NCBI GenBank assembly: GCA_009914755.4
Contig: CP068257.2
Span: 9,088,001 to 9,152,000 of the forward strand
Direction: 5' to 3'
Length of the DNA: 64,000 nt
From: the human T2T-CHM13v2.0 reference genome, Homo sapiens
The notes under the pieces are model-generated. The model did no database searches, was not told the DNA's origin, and was given only the letters and a program-made list of their open reading frames with translations. Each line of letters begins with the position of its first letter. Position 1 is the first letter of the stretch. This document shows positions 32,188-47,172 of the stretch, one piece after another. The position numbers and the translations under genes are program-made.

Positions 32188-32282
32188 CCAGGTAATTTTT
32201 TGTATTTTTAGTAGGGACAAGTTTCCACTATGTTGGCCAGGCTGGTCTCGAACTCCTGGCCTCAAGTGATCTGCCTGCCTAA
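32188..32282 (-). mobile_element. Alu partial (5' half)
   Basis: 'ccaggtaattttttgtatttttagtagggacaagtttccactatgttggccaggctggtctcgaactcctggcctcaagtgatctgcctgcct'. Confidence 0.8.
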
Positions 32283-33678
32283 CATATTCTAATACTTTTC
32301 CCAGAGTCTTTTTGTTTCAATTTTTCTTTTTTTTAAGCATACTGAAATTTAAAATGTTTTTACTGCCATCAAATATTTTTTCTATGTTTGTTAACCTTTA
32401 TGCCTGATTGCCCTTTCTTCCCTGATATCAGATAAATAAGTACCCACACATTTTCTTTGAGTTTTCATGCAATGAAGAGTAATTTAAAAGATAATAAATG
32501 TATCTACAATTTATTTTCAAATAGTTCAGCCAAAATGAAGTTTTATAAACATACACAGACACACACAGAAAGTAAATATGTTAAAATGTTAACTACTGGT
32601 GAATCTAGATGAAGGATAAATGAGTGTCCATTATACTGTTCCTTCAACTTTTAAGTGAATTTGAAATTTTTCAAAATAGTAAGTTGGATGGGGAAATATT
32701 CTTTGCCATAAGCTAGAAATTAGCTAAGCTTCTAGGTGTTTTGTGACCCACCTTATCATTTGAAATATCCTTATCCTACAGTAGTCTGTGGGGTTTATAA
32801 GAAGTGTTCTGCTGCATTAAAAAAAAGAAATTTAAAAATATAGTGAATAAAGGTCATCTTCCATGGCTGAATACATTACCAAAAATGTAATTTATAGAAT
32901 TTCGTTTTTTAGCAGACAAGTGTCTTAAAAACTCATTCATTAAAATGAGATGTGTTGTGTGGTAATGTGACCCATTTCCATGTTATAGTTGAGAAACTGG
33001 GTGTTCAGAAAAATTAAGTGACCTAGGTAGTACCTCCTGAGCTGGAATTAACCCAGGACCCCTGACTCTAGTCCTGCTTTTTTTCCTCTAAAGTGTAAAC
33101 CATGACTACTACTACTAACTAATACTTCTCTTTCCATCTCCCTCTCCCCATTCTCTCCCAACTGCCCACCTCCAGAAGTAAGTATTTAAAAAGAACTAAC
33201 ATTTGTTAGATTTTTTTTAAATGTTAAGCCTAGGTATATCATTTATAGAAGAATTAAATAAGCTTGAAAGAAAAAATTACCTGCAGTTTTACCAGTTAAA
33301 AGTTATTAACATTTTCATGTTGATTCTTCCCTATTTGTGTGTGTATTATTTTAATTTTAGTTTAATTTAATTTTATGGGTTTTTTCTTTTGTTTTTTGTT
33401 TTTTTTTGCTGCTGCTCCTTGTGTAACAGGGCTAACCCATAGGCAGTGTGTCCAGAGTCGGCCCGTATGAATGTTTTAATGTGCTCACTTTGTACATTCT
33501 GTTTAACTTTACTTTTGCTTAAATACGTGCTTAACTTCTTTTTGTGTCAATAAGTTTACAACTGTATTGTTAGTGGCTACTTAGTATTCCACATATGAAT
33601 AAATAAAGTTATTTATTTAATCAATTTTCATACATTTAGGTTACCTGTTTGTTCAGAAGTACGGTGTTGTGACATGCA

Positions 33679-33969
33679 TTTTTTTTTTTTTTTTGAGATG
33701 GAGTCTCACTTTGTTGCCCAGGCTGGAGTGCAGTGGCATGATCTTGGCTCACTGCAACCTATACCTCCCAGCGATTCTCCTGCCTCAGGCTCCCAAATAG
33801 CTGGGACTACAGGTGCATGCCACCAAGTTCAGCTAATTTTTGTATTTTTAGTGGAGACGAGGTTTCACCATGTTAGCCAGGCTGGTCTCGAACTCCTGAC
33901 CTCAGGTGATCTGCACACCTTGGCCTCCCAAAGTGCTGGGATTACAGGCATGAGCCATTGCAGCTGGCC
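33679..33969 (-). mobile_element. Alu SINE
   Basis: 'tttttttttttttgagatggagtctcactttgttgcccaggctggagtgcagtggcatgatcttggctcactgcaacc ... catgagccattgcagctggcc'. Confidence 0.95.
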
Positions 33970-34075
33970 CGTACATTATTTAGCTTGTTTTTTCTGTATG
34001 CATTCTTACTTGTTTCCTTAAGGTAGATTTCTTTTAGTATAATTAATTACAGACCAGGTTGATTTTTAAGGTTCA

Positions 34076-34550
<475 letters not shown>

Positions 34551-34720
34551 TTAAATTAAACGTATTATTTGTTAGTAAAATTTAACATTTTTTTATTTGT
34601 TTATTGGTTATTTTTCCTGTTTTGTAAATTGATTTTTCATATATGTTGCCCATTTTGCTGTTGGTTTATTTTATATTGAGTTGTTAGAGTGCATGTTTTG
34701 CAAATGGTTTTCCTATTTAA

Positions 34721-35152
<432 letters not shown>

Positions 35153-36012
35153 TAATGTATTTTTTATCTTTTGCTTTTGGCTTTCCTGAACCCACGATAA
35201 TGTGAATCTTTTTTTTTTTTTAATTTGAGGCTTTTTGTGATTTGCTAATAAGCCTCTTATAAATGTTTGCTATTACTTGGCTTTTTTTATGTAAGATATG
35301 AGGTAAGAATCTAACTCTTTTTTCTTCAGGATTGGTATCTTGCTGTTTCAACCCAAGATTGTAAACTTCATGAAGGGAGATATCTTGTCTGTTTTGATCC
35401 ACCACCCTATTCCTGTTATATAAGTAGGCACTTGAGGATTTGGTTTCTTATTAAATATTTAATATTTAGAAAGGAAGTCAGTGGAAAATATTCATTTGTA
35501 ATATTAATTCTTTGCATCAGAATATTAATCTTTGCATCTGATGCATCAGATGCATCAGAATCACCTGAGGAGCACTTTTGAAGTCTGCTGATTCAAAATG
35601 TAATCTCTTTTTCTGTTATATATGTTTCTGTAACACAAATTTGCTCATATGCATATAGTGGGAGAATGACATTAATGTATCATGAAAGTCCTGGTAGTTC
35701 ACCAAAGATCTTTCTTTATGCATTAACATTTCTAAGTTCTCAGGAGTATGCTGTCTCATAATGAAAGAAAAAGGCTTCACAACACATGAAGACTTAAGAA
35801 TATTTGAACATTCTGCATTTAGTTTTCATTTAGTGCAAATAGTAGCTGGTTTAGTGAATTTAAGAACTGTCGTGCTTTTCACAGTGTTAGTGAAGATTCA
35901 AGCATTGAAAAGACAATGTGAAGACAAATTTTCTTGTATTTTTTTTTAGCGTTGATAAAGGAGGGAGGGGGAGAAAAAGAGGTTGATAAACATGGTTATA
36001 TGCCAAATCTGA

Positions 36013-36310
<298 letters not shown>

Positions 36311-37536
36311 ACTGATATTTTATTTAGATGAAACATACTGGTTTATTTTGGAAGCCAATGACCTCACGGATTTACATCTTAAGAGAGGAATCATAAACTC
36401 TAGGGCTTAAAGCTGCCAAAGATGGATTGTATGCCAGATGCAAAGGATACTGGAGCTTTAACTCTATTAAGTCTATTAGAATTGTTATTGCTTTTATTGG
36501 TGCTTTCCTTACAGAACTGTACAGGTTTTAGGGTATAGCCATAATCTTATTTTCCCAGAAGGCCTCTCAGATTCAGTGCATACTATTACAGAATATGAGG
36601 CTTTTCATCAGTGTATATTAGCTGAAATATCTGTACTACGGTGTTTTGAAGCAACTGTCCAGTTATCTCCTGTAGGCATTCTTGGCTCAGAACTATTGAC
36701 TTTTCACAGTTCCTTAATCATTATTTAATACATTTTAGGGTTCTGTAATCCTGTGAACTACCCTCATTGTAGGTTTCTGATAGTCTAAGTAAAATTAGTG
36801 CTCTAAACTTTATGTTTTATAATATTGCTTATATCTTTACAGCAGACTGGAAATTAATAGGGTGTGTGTGGATGTGTGTTGGAGTGGATTTTGGGTGAAG
36901 GGGCTTTCATTCTGCTACAGCTCTGCTGATTTGGAGGTGCAGTGGGATGTTTTTGGCTAAGGAAATGTTACGTATGCTGTAGTGTGGGCTTTATGGAAGT
37001 AGGCCCAGAGATAGTAGCAGCTGAAGTTCCTAGGTCACTTCTCTGACTCGTGTACCTCAGTTTTGGTTTGGAAAGCCTGAAAACTTCTGATAGGAACACT
37101 TGGCCATGTTATAGTTGTTAAGTTGGGTGGACACACAGGTTTTACCTGGAATAATACTATTTCCCAGCCAGTGGTTCAGACCATTTGAAGAGCCATTGCA
37201 AGGAAATGGCTGAGAAGTTGGTATCTTCGTCATGATTGCATTATTTACCTATAAATTCTCTATAATTTCAGTATTGTTACACTAGAGGCTGATCAGCACT
37301 AACTCACCTGACTTTGTATAGCTTTTAGGCTCTTCAGAATAGTACATGGTATATCTAAACTATAAAAGTGAGGTGAGAATTTGCATATATGTAAATATGA
37401 AAGTTACTGCTAAAGGTTTCATTAGACACATATTACACATGGCTCTGCTGTGGTTTAAAACTGACTGTTTCATTTAAGGCAATCTGGACTCTATTAGTGA
37501 GAAATGAATTGTTTTTCTTGGTTTTATTCTCTAAAG

Positions 37537-37719
37537 GATCCAGCATTTGGAGGCAAACATGAAGCTCCATCCTCTCCAATTTCGGGGCAACCATGTGGAG
37601 ATGATCAAAATGCTTTACCTTCAAAACTTTCAAACGAAGAGTTAATACAAAGTATGGATCGTGTAGATTGAAAAATTGCAAAAGTAGAACAGCAGATCCT
37701 TAAACTGAAAAAGAAACAA
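37537..37719 (+). pseudogene. second NCOR1-homologous exon ('DPAFGGKHEAPSSPISGQPCGDDQNALPSKLSNEELIQSMDRVD*KIAKVEQQILKLKKKQ') with an in-frame TGA
   Basis: Acceptor 'ttttattctctaaag|gat' and donor 'aaacaa|gtaaaag'. Matches NCOR1 ~145-205 ('DPAFGGKHEAPSSPISGQPCGDDQNASPSKLSKEELIQSMDRVDREIAKVEQQILKLKKKQ') except S>L, K>N, R>stop (tga at ~37669-37671) and E>K. Confidence 0.7.
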
Positions 37720-38392
37720 GTAAAAGTCTTTGCCTAATATATTCTAAGAATGTATGTTTTTCTCCCTACAGAAGATAATTTTGAGTTTTCCATATTTTGA
37801 AACTTTACATAAAAGGAATCATGCCTTACGTATTCTGACTTGCTGTTTTTTGCTACTATTGTGGTTTTCTTACATTCATTCATTTTCCTTGCTGCACTGT
37901 CTGATTATATGATTGCAGAGAGTGAAATTTGTTTTTCCATTCTATTTTTGATTTTTTTTTGATAATCCATACAATGGTGCTGGTTTTTGGTTCACATGTA
38001 GAGATTTTCCAGGGCATGTGCCCAGGATTGGCAGTGCTTGGCCCAAGATTATGCACAGTGAACTATTTAATAGATGATACCAAATTTGCTAAGAAGTAAC
38101 ACCATTTTATATTCCCACTGGCAGCTTATGTGGGTACTTATTTGTGCACATTCTTGCCTTTACTTGATATCATTTTTTCAGTTGGATATGAAATAGTCTT
38201 GTGTGGTTTGGAAGGAGGCTGAGCTTATTTTCATTTGTTTATGAGTTATTTGGGTTCCTTATGTGCATTGTTCAAGTCTTTTGTCTATAGTCTCCTATTT
38301 CATCATTGAAACTTTTAGGATTTCCTGAAGTCCCTTGTCAGATATGTGTATAGAAGATTTGCCTAGTTTGAGGCCTGTCACTTCACTTTTAG

Positions 38393-40690
<2,298 letters not shown>

Positions 40691-41055
40691 CAATGGTAAT
40701 CTAGTAATAACACCAACTAAATCACATGATTGTTTTATGAATTGAGATAATGAATATATTGCATAATATGTGGTACATAGTAAATGTATATGCAATCCAT
40801 TATAATAATTAGAAATAATGAAATATAATGTATGATTATTATGAAATATACCAGAGCCACAAATTTTATTGAGCGATACAAAGGACAACTAGAGAAAACA
40901 AAGAAATATGCCATAGCTGGATGGAAAGAGTAATAATAATGTTGTGTGTTCATCTTGGACTAAATCATGTCTCATATAATTTCAATAAAATTCCAATTAA
41001 ATTCATTTTTAGAACATGGCAAATATATTGTAAAGTTAATGTAAAAGAACAAACA

Positions 41056-41385
41056 GGGCCAGGCTCAGTGGCTCAACCTGTAATCCCAGCACTTTAGGAG
41101 GCTGAGGCGGGCATATCACGAGGTCAGGAGATCGAGACCATCCTGGCTAACACGGTGAAACCCCATCTCTACTATAATACAAAAAATTAGCCAGGCATTG
41201 TTGCAGGCGCCTGTAGTCCCCGCTACTCAGGAGTCTGAGGCAGGAGAATGGCGTGAACCCAGGAGGAGGAGCTTGTGGTGAGTGGAGATCACGCCACTGC
41301 ACTCAAGCTTGGGCGACAGGGCGAGATTCCATCTCAAAAATAAAATAAAATAAAATAAAAAAAGAAAAAGAATTTGTGTCTTGTT
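41056..41385 (+). mobile_element. Alu SINE with (AAAAT)n-type tail
   Basis: 'ggccaggctcagtggctcaacctgtaatcccagcactttaggaggctgaggcgggcatatcacgaggtcaggagatcgagaccatcctggc ... gattccatctcaaaaataaaataaaataaaataaaaaaagaaaaag'. Confidence 0.95.
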
Positions 41386-43249
41386 TCCTCATTAATGTTG
41401 GTTGAAAGCATGTTGACACTTGTCTTTGACTTGTGTTTTATTAACATCGATTGGTATATTAAAAGTTCCTCTGAGCTTACCTTCTCTAAAAAAATATAAG
41501 AAAAAGGGCCTGTGGGAAGGACTATGAGGCAGAGGGGCTGGTGTGAGCACATGCTGGGCAGGAGGAAAGAGGTAATGACCAGGACCAGGGAAATCCCCAA
41601 ACCCAGCAAGTCAGGGAGCCAAATGAAAGCCTTTCATCCTGTATCGGCCACCTAACCCCATCGACACTCCAAGTGAACATTCTCTTTTAGAGATACTCAT
41701 TGTCCTGTTTCTTCTGTAATCTTGTAAAGGAATCTGATTTCTCCCATTAGCCTTTCACAGGACTAAAATTTCACATTAGAATGCTATTGTTTAGAAGGCA
41801 TCTTCTTAGATTAGGCTGCAAGGAGATTGAGGAAGTTACTGTCAGTCACTTATACCCCACAGGGACATTAATTCACCAGAGCTTTGGTGGGGGAGTAGAG
41901 GAGCTCATTACAAGCAGGTCTGGATGCTGCACAGAGTGTAAAGGGGGCAGAAGGATCCAGGACACCTAGGCCTGGAGATATCGCCAATGCTGGGAGGTAC
42001 TGTTATTATCCCCATTTTACAGAGGAGGAAACAGACACAGGCAGGTAATGTTATCAAGACCACGCTGCCCCACAGTACAGGAGCCAGGATCTAAGCACAG
42101 GCAGCCTGCCTTGCCATCAGAGCTCTCACCCATAACCCTGTGCTGCAGTTAAGCAGCATTGCCCTGTGGCCAGGGGGCACAGCTTCTGGGTTCACGTTCC
42201 AGCTTCTCTACCATTTCCAGCTGTGTGATCTTGGGCAAGTTACTTGTCTGTGCTCAGTGTCCTCTGCATAGTGGGTGTAGCAATACGTGCCTCATGGAGT
42301 CCCTTAAGTGAGTTAATAGCTGTAACATGCTTAGAATGGTGCCATGCACATCATCACCATCCACTGTATATGGGCCATCATGCCTGAATTCCAGATGGAC
42401 ACATATCCTTGAAGGGTCTAAAATCTAGGATCCTGAAATGCCTGGCAGTGGGATCCTGAAATCCTCTGGCAGCATTTTAACATATTTTGGCTGCAGAATT
42501 GTACCCTGCTTCCTGGGGCTAGAAGGTGTGGGATCAGCTGCTTACTCAGTTCAACCCCAAAGTAGGCAAAGAAGGTTTTGTCACAGGCTTCCCTGGGGCC
42601 AGCCCCTGTAACCTCCCCTTGTCCCTCCCTTGCATGCTTCCTCACCCATATTCACACATGAACTCCAGGCCTTCTGGGCCCCAAGGGAAGGAGAGAAGGT
42701 GGGAAGTGGGTTCACTGGTCCACCGAAGCATGCTGCCTCCAGCCCTGCTGCACTGGTGGGTCCAGGGAATGGGCCTGGAGCTGAAGGGCTCTTGCCCTCC
42801 CTTTAACTTTAAACCTTGACTTGCAGTGATCCAAGAGCTTCATCTCTTCCTGTGAGCCTGTCTGGATGTTTATGCGGGATGGCTTGGGCCCCTTCTTTCA
42901 GGGGTGCACAGGCAAGGGCCTGACCGACAGCCATGGCAGATGAGGAGACTTTGGCAGATGAGAAGACCTTCTACTTCAGCTTCAATGTATGGGTCTTCTC
43001 CTGGCTCTCAGTACATTCCTCCTGAGTCATGATGGGCTCCAGTTCAGTGAAACTCTGTGGCAGCATCATGGTGTCCAGGGGTTTAATCTGGGGCATGTGC
43101 CAGTGCTACCCCAAGGTATGTGGTTGTGGGTGTGAGTGGAGCCAGAAGGGCTGGATCTTGTTCCTCTCTTCCATGTATCAGCCCCATCCTTCAATCATCT
43201 TGTTATTTTCATTTTGACTCCCTGTTTTATTCGGTATTCTCTTCTGAGC

Positions 43250-43375
43250 ACCCGTCCATTCATTTATCCATTCATCCATCTATTCATCCATCCATTCATC
43301 CCAGCATCAATCTATCAATCCATGCATCCATCCATTTATTTGTCCAACCACCCATCCATCTATCTGTCCATCATT
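43250..43375. repeat. (CCAT/TCAT)n tetranucleotide-type simple repeat
   Basis: 'ccattcatttatccattcatccatctattcatccatccattcatcccagcatcaatctatcaatccatgcatccatccatttatttgtccaaccacccatccatctatctgtccatc'. Confidence 0.9.
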
Positions 43376-46300
43376 TAGCATAAGGATTGATCAGAAGCCT
43401 CCTGGTTCTGGAGCCATAGACTAGACACCATGGGGAGACATGATGAAAAATAACATATGATTTGTGTGCTTGAAACAAAAGCTAATGAGTGCTTACCACC
43501 TGCCTGGCAGTCCTGCATTCAGGGTGCAGTTCTCCCCTCATCCTGAGCTTTTTGGTACCTTCTATAGTTTCACTTTGTAGTAGAGAATGCTGAGCCTCAT
43601 AAAGTGGGGACACACAGCTGCGTAGAGTTTGGATTGGAGCTCAGATGTGTGTGACTTAGGCATCACCCTCTGCCTTGAGTCCTCCACTCCAGGGTCTCAG
43701 AGCTGCTGAGCATTCTGGGGTTGGTCAGCTCTAACCTTGGTGGCATGCATTGAGCAACTCTCCATATTTTGGAGTCTTAATGTATTCCTAGCCTTAGTGA
43801 TAGCAAGGACTCTGCTTTGGGAGACCTGGGTGCTAGTTCCAGCCCTGTCCCAAACTTTCTGTGTGATCTTTGTCTTTCTGAGTCCAGTATTTGCATCTGC
43901 ATAATAGGACACAAGCACCAATTTTCACAGCCTCCTAGGGGTATTACAGAGTTCAGACAACAGAAGAGATATATGAATATTTGCAGACCGTAGAGTGTTT
44001 TATTTAGATGATGTGCTTTCAGGTCCTGACAACCCTCTGGAATGAACATGTCAGAAGTTGTAAACCTTCAATGCCCAGAGAGGTGGAGTGACACTTCCAA
44101 GGTCACATAGCTAGTCAGAGACAGACCTAGGGGGAAGAAATGAGACAAACATGGATTCTAACTTGGGCTCTGTCTCTAACTGCCTGGGATACTGCTCAAG
44201 CCCCTTCCCTCTCTAGGCCTCAGTTTCCTTGTTTTTACAATATGTGATACAGGATGAGGGGATGGATGGGGAGGATATCGGGGGGCCCTGCTAGAACTCA
44301 CCTCTAGGGCCCAGGCTTGGGAATCCCCAGAACCCCCATATTGTCCTTTACACCTGGGTGGCTGTGCTCAAGGACTCAGGGAGGGGGAACTCCTGCGGCC
44401 CTGGTCTTCCTAGCCCTTCCCCTTCTGTGGGCCCACCCTGGGCTGTCAGTGTGTTAGGTGCTGGAATGGTCTCACCTGGTTTGTAGTCATTTCCAAGGCA
44501 GTTTATGGTAACCTCACCTCTGTCCATACCATGTCCTGAGCAGAGGTCCCGGGGAGAAGTCCTGGGGGCCAGAGCCACCCATGTCACCACTAGCCATGGT
44601 AGTCCTCTTCTCTGTGTGGAGGCTGCACCCTGGAAGATGGCATCGGGTGGAACGGAGCATCTGTCCTGACCTCCCCGTTAAGCAGAGGTGGCTCTGGGAC
44701 TGTGGGCAGAGATACTGGAGTGGCAGTGGGAAGCGAAGTGGGGGAGGAAATATTGCTGGGTACTAATGAGTCAGAGTTGATAGACTCATGTCTTCATGTG
44801 CTGTGGAGGAGGCAGTCTGGTGGGGTGCAGATGGCATATGTTTTGGTGACCTACAGGCTTACTTTCAAATAGCTGTTACCTCATGTTCCACGTCTGTGAC
44901 CTTGGCAAGTAGAGCTCCTCAACCCCGAACCTTGCACTGCTGAGTGGGAGAAACCAGAAGGGTCTTGTGTTGTCAGGGACCTGGTATCATGCCTGGCACA
45001 GAGCACTTGCGAAATCTTCATTCTCAAGATTGGCATTTGTGGCTCTGGGGGATACACAGGGAGGTCTGTGCATGTATGGGCAGGTACATGTGGATAGGTG
45101 CGGGTCTGTTTGTGTGTGTGGGAGTGCATGTTTCAGGGACACAGGCTATCAAAACCAGCACAAGGTGACTCCAATAAGGGAAGGGAGGAAAGCGCATGGT
45201 AAACCACGAAGACACTCTAGACATGAGGCTTCCTGCATCCTACATGGCCTCTTGGTGCCTGTGCCATTGTAGCCTTCAGTGCTCACGCTTGTCCTACCCT
45301 CAGGGTCCTGCCCTGGATCTCAGTGCCTGGCTTGTGGAAAGCTTCAGTAAATGGGGAAACATAAACATAAGGGAATATAACTAGCTAATTAGGGTAATTC
45401 AGTGAGGAGTAGCCATTTCCAACATGAATTAAACTGTCCCTGATTATTAGGGGCTGGAGGTCTAGTGAGAGAGACAATTTGTGGCATGATGGGGAGGAAG
45501 TAGGATTCACAGAGAAGGTGAGCTTGGCTTTGTAGGTTAAGTAGAAATTCACCAGGCAGAGAAGATGTGGGAAGACGCTCCAGGCAGAAGAGCAACAGGA
45601 TCGAAGCCATGTGGTGAAAGGACAAGGCAAGTCTGTCAGCAATGCTACTAGAGGGGGAGGGGAACAAGTCAGGGTGGAAATGGACGGGCCTCAGCTCCTC
45701 AGTGCCTGGGATGTTATGCTAAGGGATTTGGATCTTACCCTTTAATCAAAGGGACAAGGGAGGGACATGACCAGGTTTGCAGTTTGAGAAAATTATCAGG
45801 CTGATATCTGGAAAGAGGATGGTCTGGGGCAGCGAGACCAGTGGGAGGCTTCTCTGCTCAGATGAGAGATGGTGGTCATCTGGATTAGGCAGAATTTGAA
45901 CCCAAGGCTGTAGGAACTGAGAAGACGGTTCCAGTTTACCATATGAGGAATACCTGCTGTGGCTGGCAGGGCACCAGCACTTCTACCCAGATTATCTCAC
46001 TAAAATTCTAAAGTAGACCTGGTCAGCTCTGGAAGCCACCTGGGCCTCAGGCATGAGAGAGGAGGAGGAATTGGGGCAAACCTAGTGGGTGGGTGCAGTT
46101 GGAGATGCTGAGCCTATTAGCAAAGACGGGACAGGAAAGTGGGGAGCAGGGAAAGGAGTGGCAGGGAGAGTGAGGCCTTTCCCTGCCTGGCTTCAGCCTT
46201 TACCCATGAGCCTCCCATTCCTCATTTCTGCTGGACCCAGGACCAGGACCCTGGCTGGTGTTGAAGGTTCTGTCTCCTCTGTGGGCTTCCCTCCCTCTGC

Positions 46301-46544
46301 TTCTTCCTTCTGAGGATTGCTCAATGTTCTGCCTAAACACAAATTTGACTGCATACTCTCCTGCTGATAAACCTTCAAGGATGCCTCTGATTCTGGGCAA
46401 AGCCTGAGCTTCTTAGTTTTATGTTCTGGGGGTCTCCGTTGTTTGATATCCCCTCCCCAGCTTCAACTCTGCCTGTTCTTCCTCATCAAAGTACCTGTAT
46501 TTTAATATGCTACCTCCTTCCTTTTCCTCCAAGATTTTCATAAT

Positions 46545-46995
46545 TGTGGTTATGATGATGATGATGATGACGGTGATGGTGAAGGTGGTGATAATGATAG
46601 TGATAGTTATGTTGAGGATGATGGTGAGGATAGCGATGGTGATAATGTTGGTGATGGTGAGGAAGGCGATGGTGAAGGTGGTGATAATGATAGTGATAGT
46701 TATGCTGAGGATGATGATGATGATGGTGAGAATGGTGAAGGTGAGCATGGTGATGGTGATGGTAAGGATAGTGATGATGAGGTGATAATGATGGTGATGG
46801 TCAGGATGGTGATGGTGAAAATGATGGTGGTGATAGGGATGATGATGGTGATGGTGAGGATGGTGATAGTGAAGGTGGTGATGATACTGATAGTTATGGT
46901 GGGGATGCTGCTGCTGATGCTGGTGAGAATGGTGAGGGTGAGACTGATGATGATAATGAGGATAGTGATGGTGAGTATGGGGATGGTGATGGTAC
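46545..46995. repeat. (GGTGAT)n-type minisatellite with ~90-bp higher-order periodicity
   Basis: 'gatgatgatgatgacggtgatggtgaaggtggtgataatgatagtgatagttatgttgaggatgatggtgaggatagcgatggtgataatgttggtgatggtgag...'. The block 'ggtgatggtgaaggtggtgataatgatagtgatagttatg(t/c)tgaggatgatg' recurs at ~46580 and ~46668. Confidence 0.9.
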
Positions 46996-47045
46996 ACCCC
47001 TTGATCTGGCAATTCGACATCTAAGAATTGTTCATTTCTTCTAGG

Positions 47046-47172
47046 ATTTTTTTTTTTGAGTCAAGACTTCCCTATGTTGCCCAGGCTGGCCACGAACTAC
47101 TGGCCACGAGTGATCCTCCCACTTTGGCCTCCTGAGTAGCTGTGATTACTGGCATGAACCATGGTGCCTGGC
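47046..47172 (-). mobile_element. free Alu left monomer (FLAM-like) with A-tail
   Basis: 'ttttttttgagtcaagacttccctatgttgcccaggctggccacgaactactggccacgagtgatcctcccactttggcctcctgagtagctgtgattactggcatgaaccatggtgcctggc'. Confidence 0.8.

Noticed and set aside
46419-47012. 197-aa His-rich ORF on the - strand and Met/Val-rich ORFs on the + strand
   Set aside because: These are translations of the (GGTGAT)n/(ATCACC)n minisatellite, not a gene.
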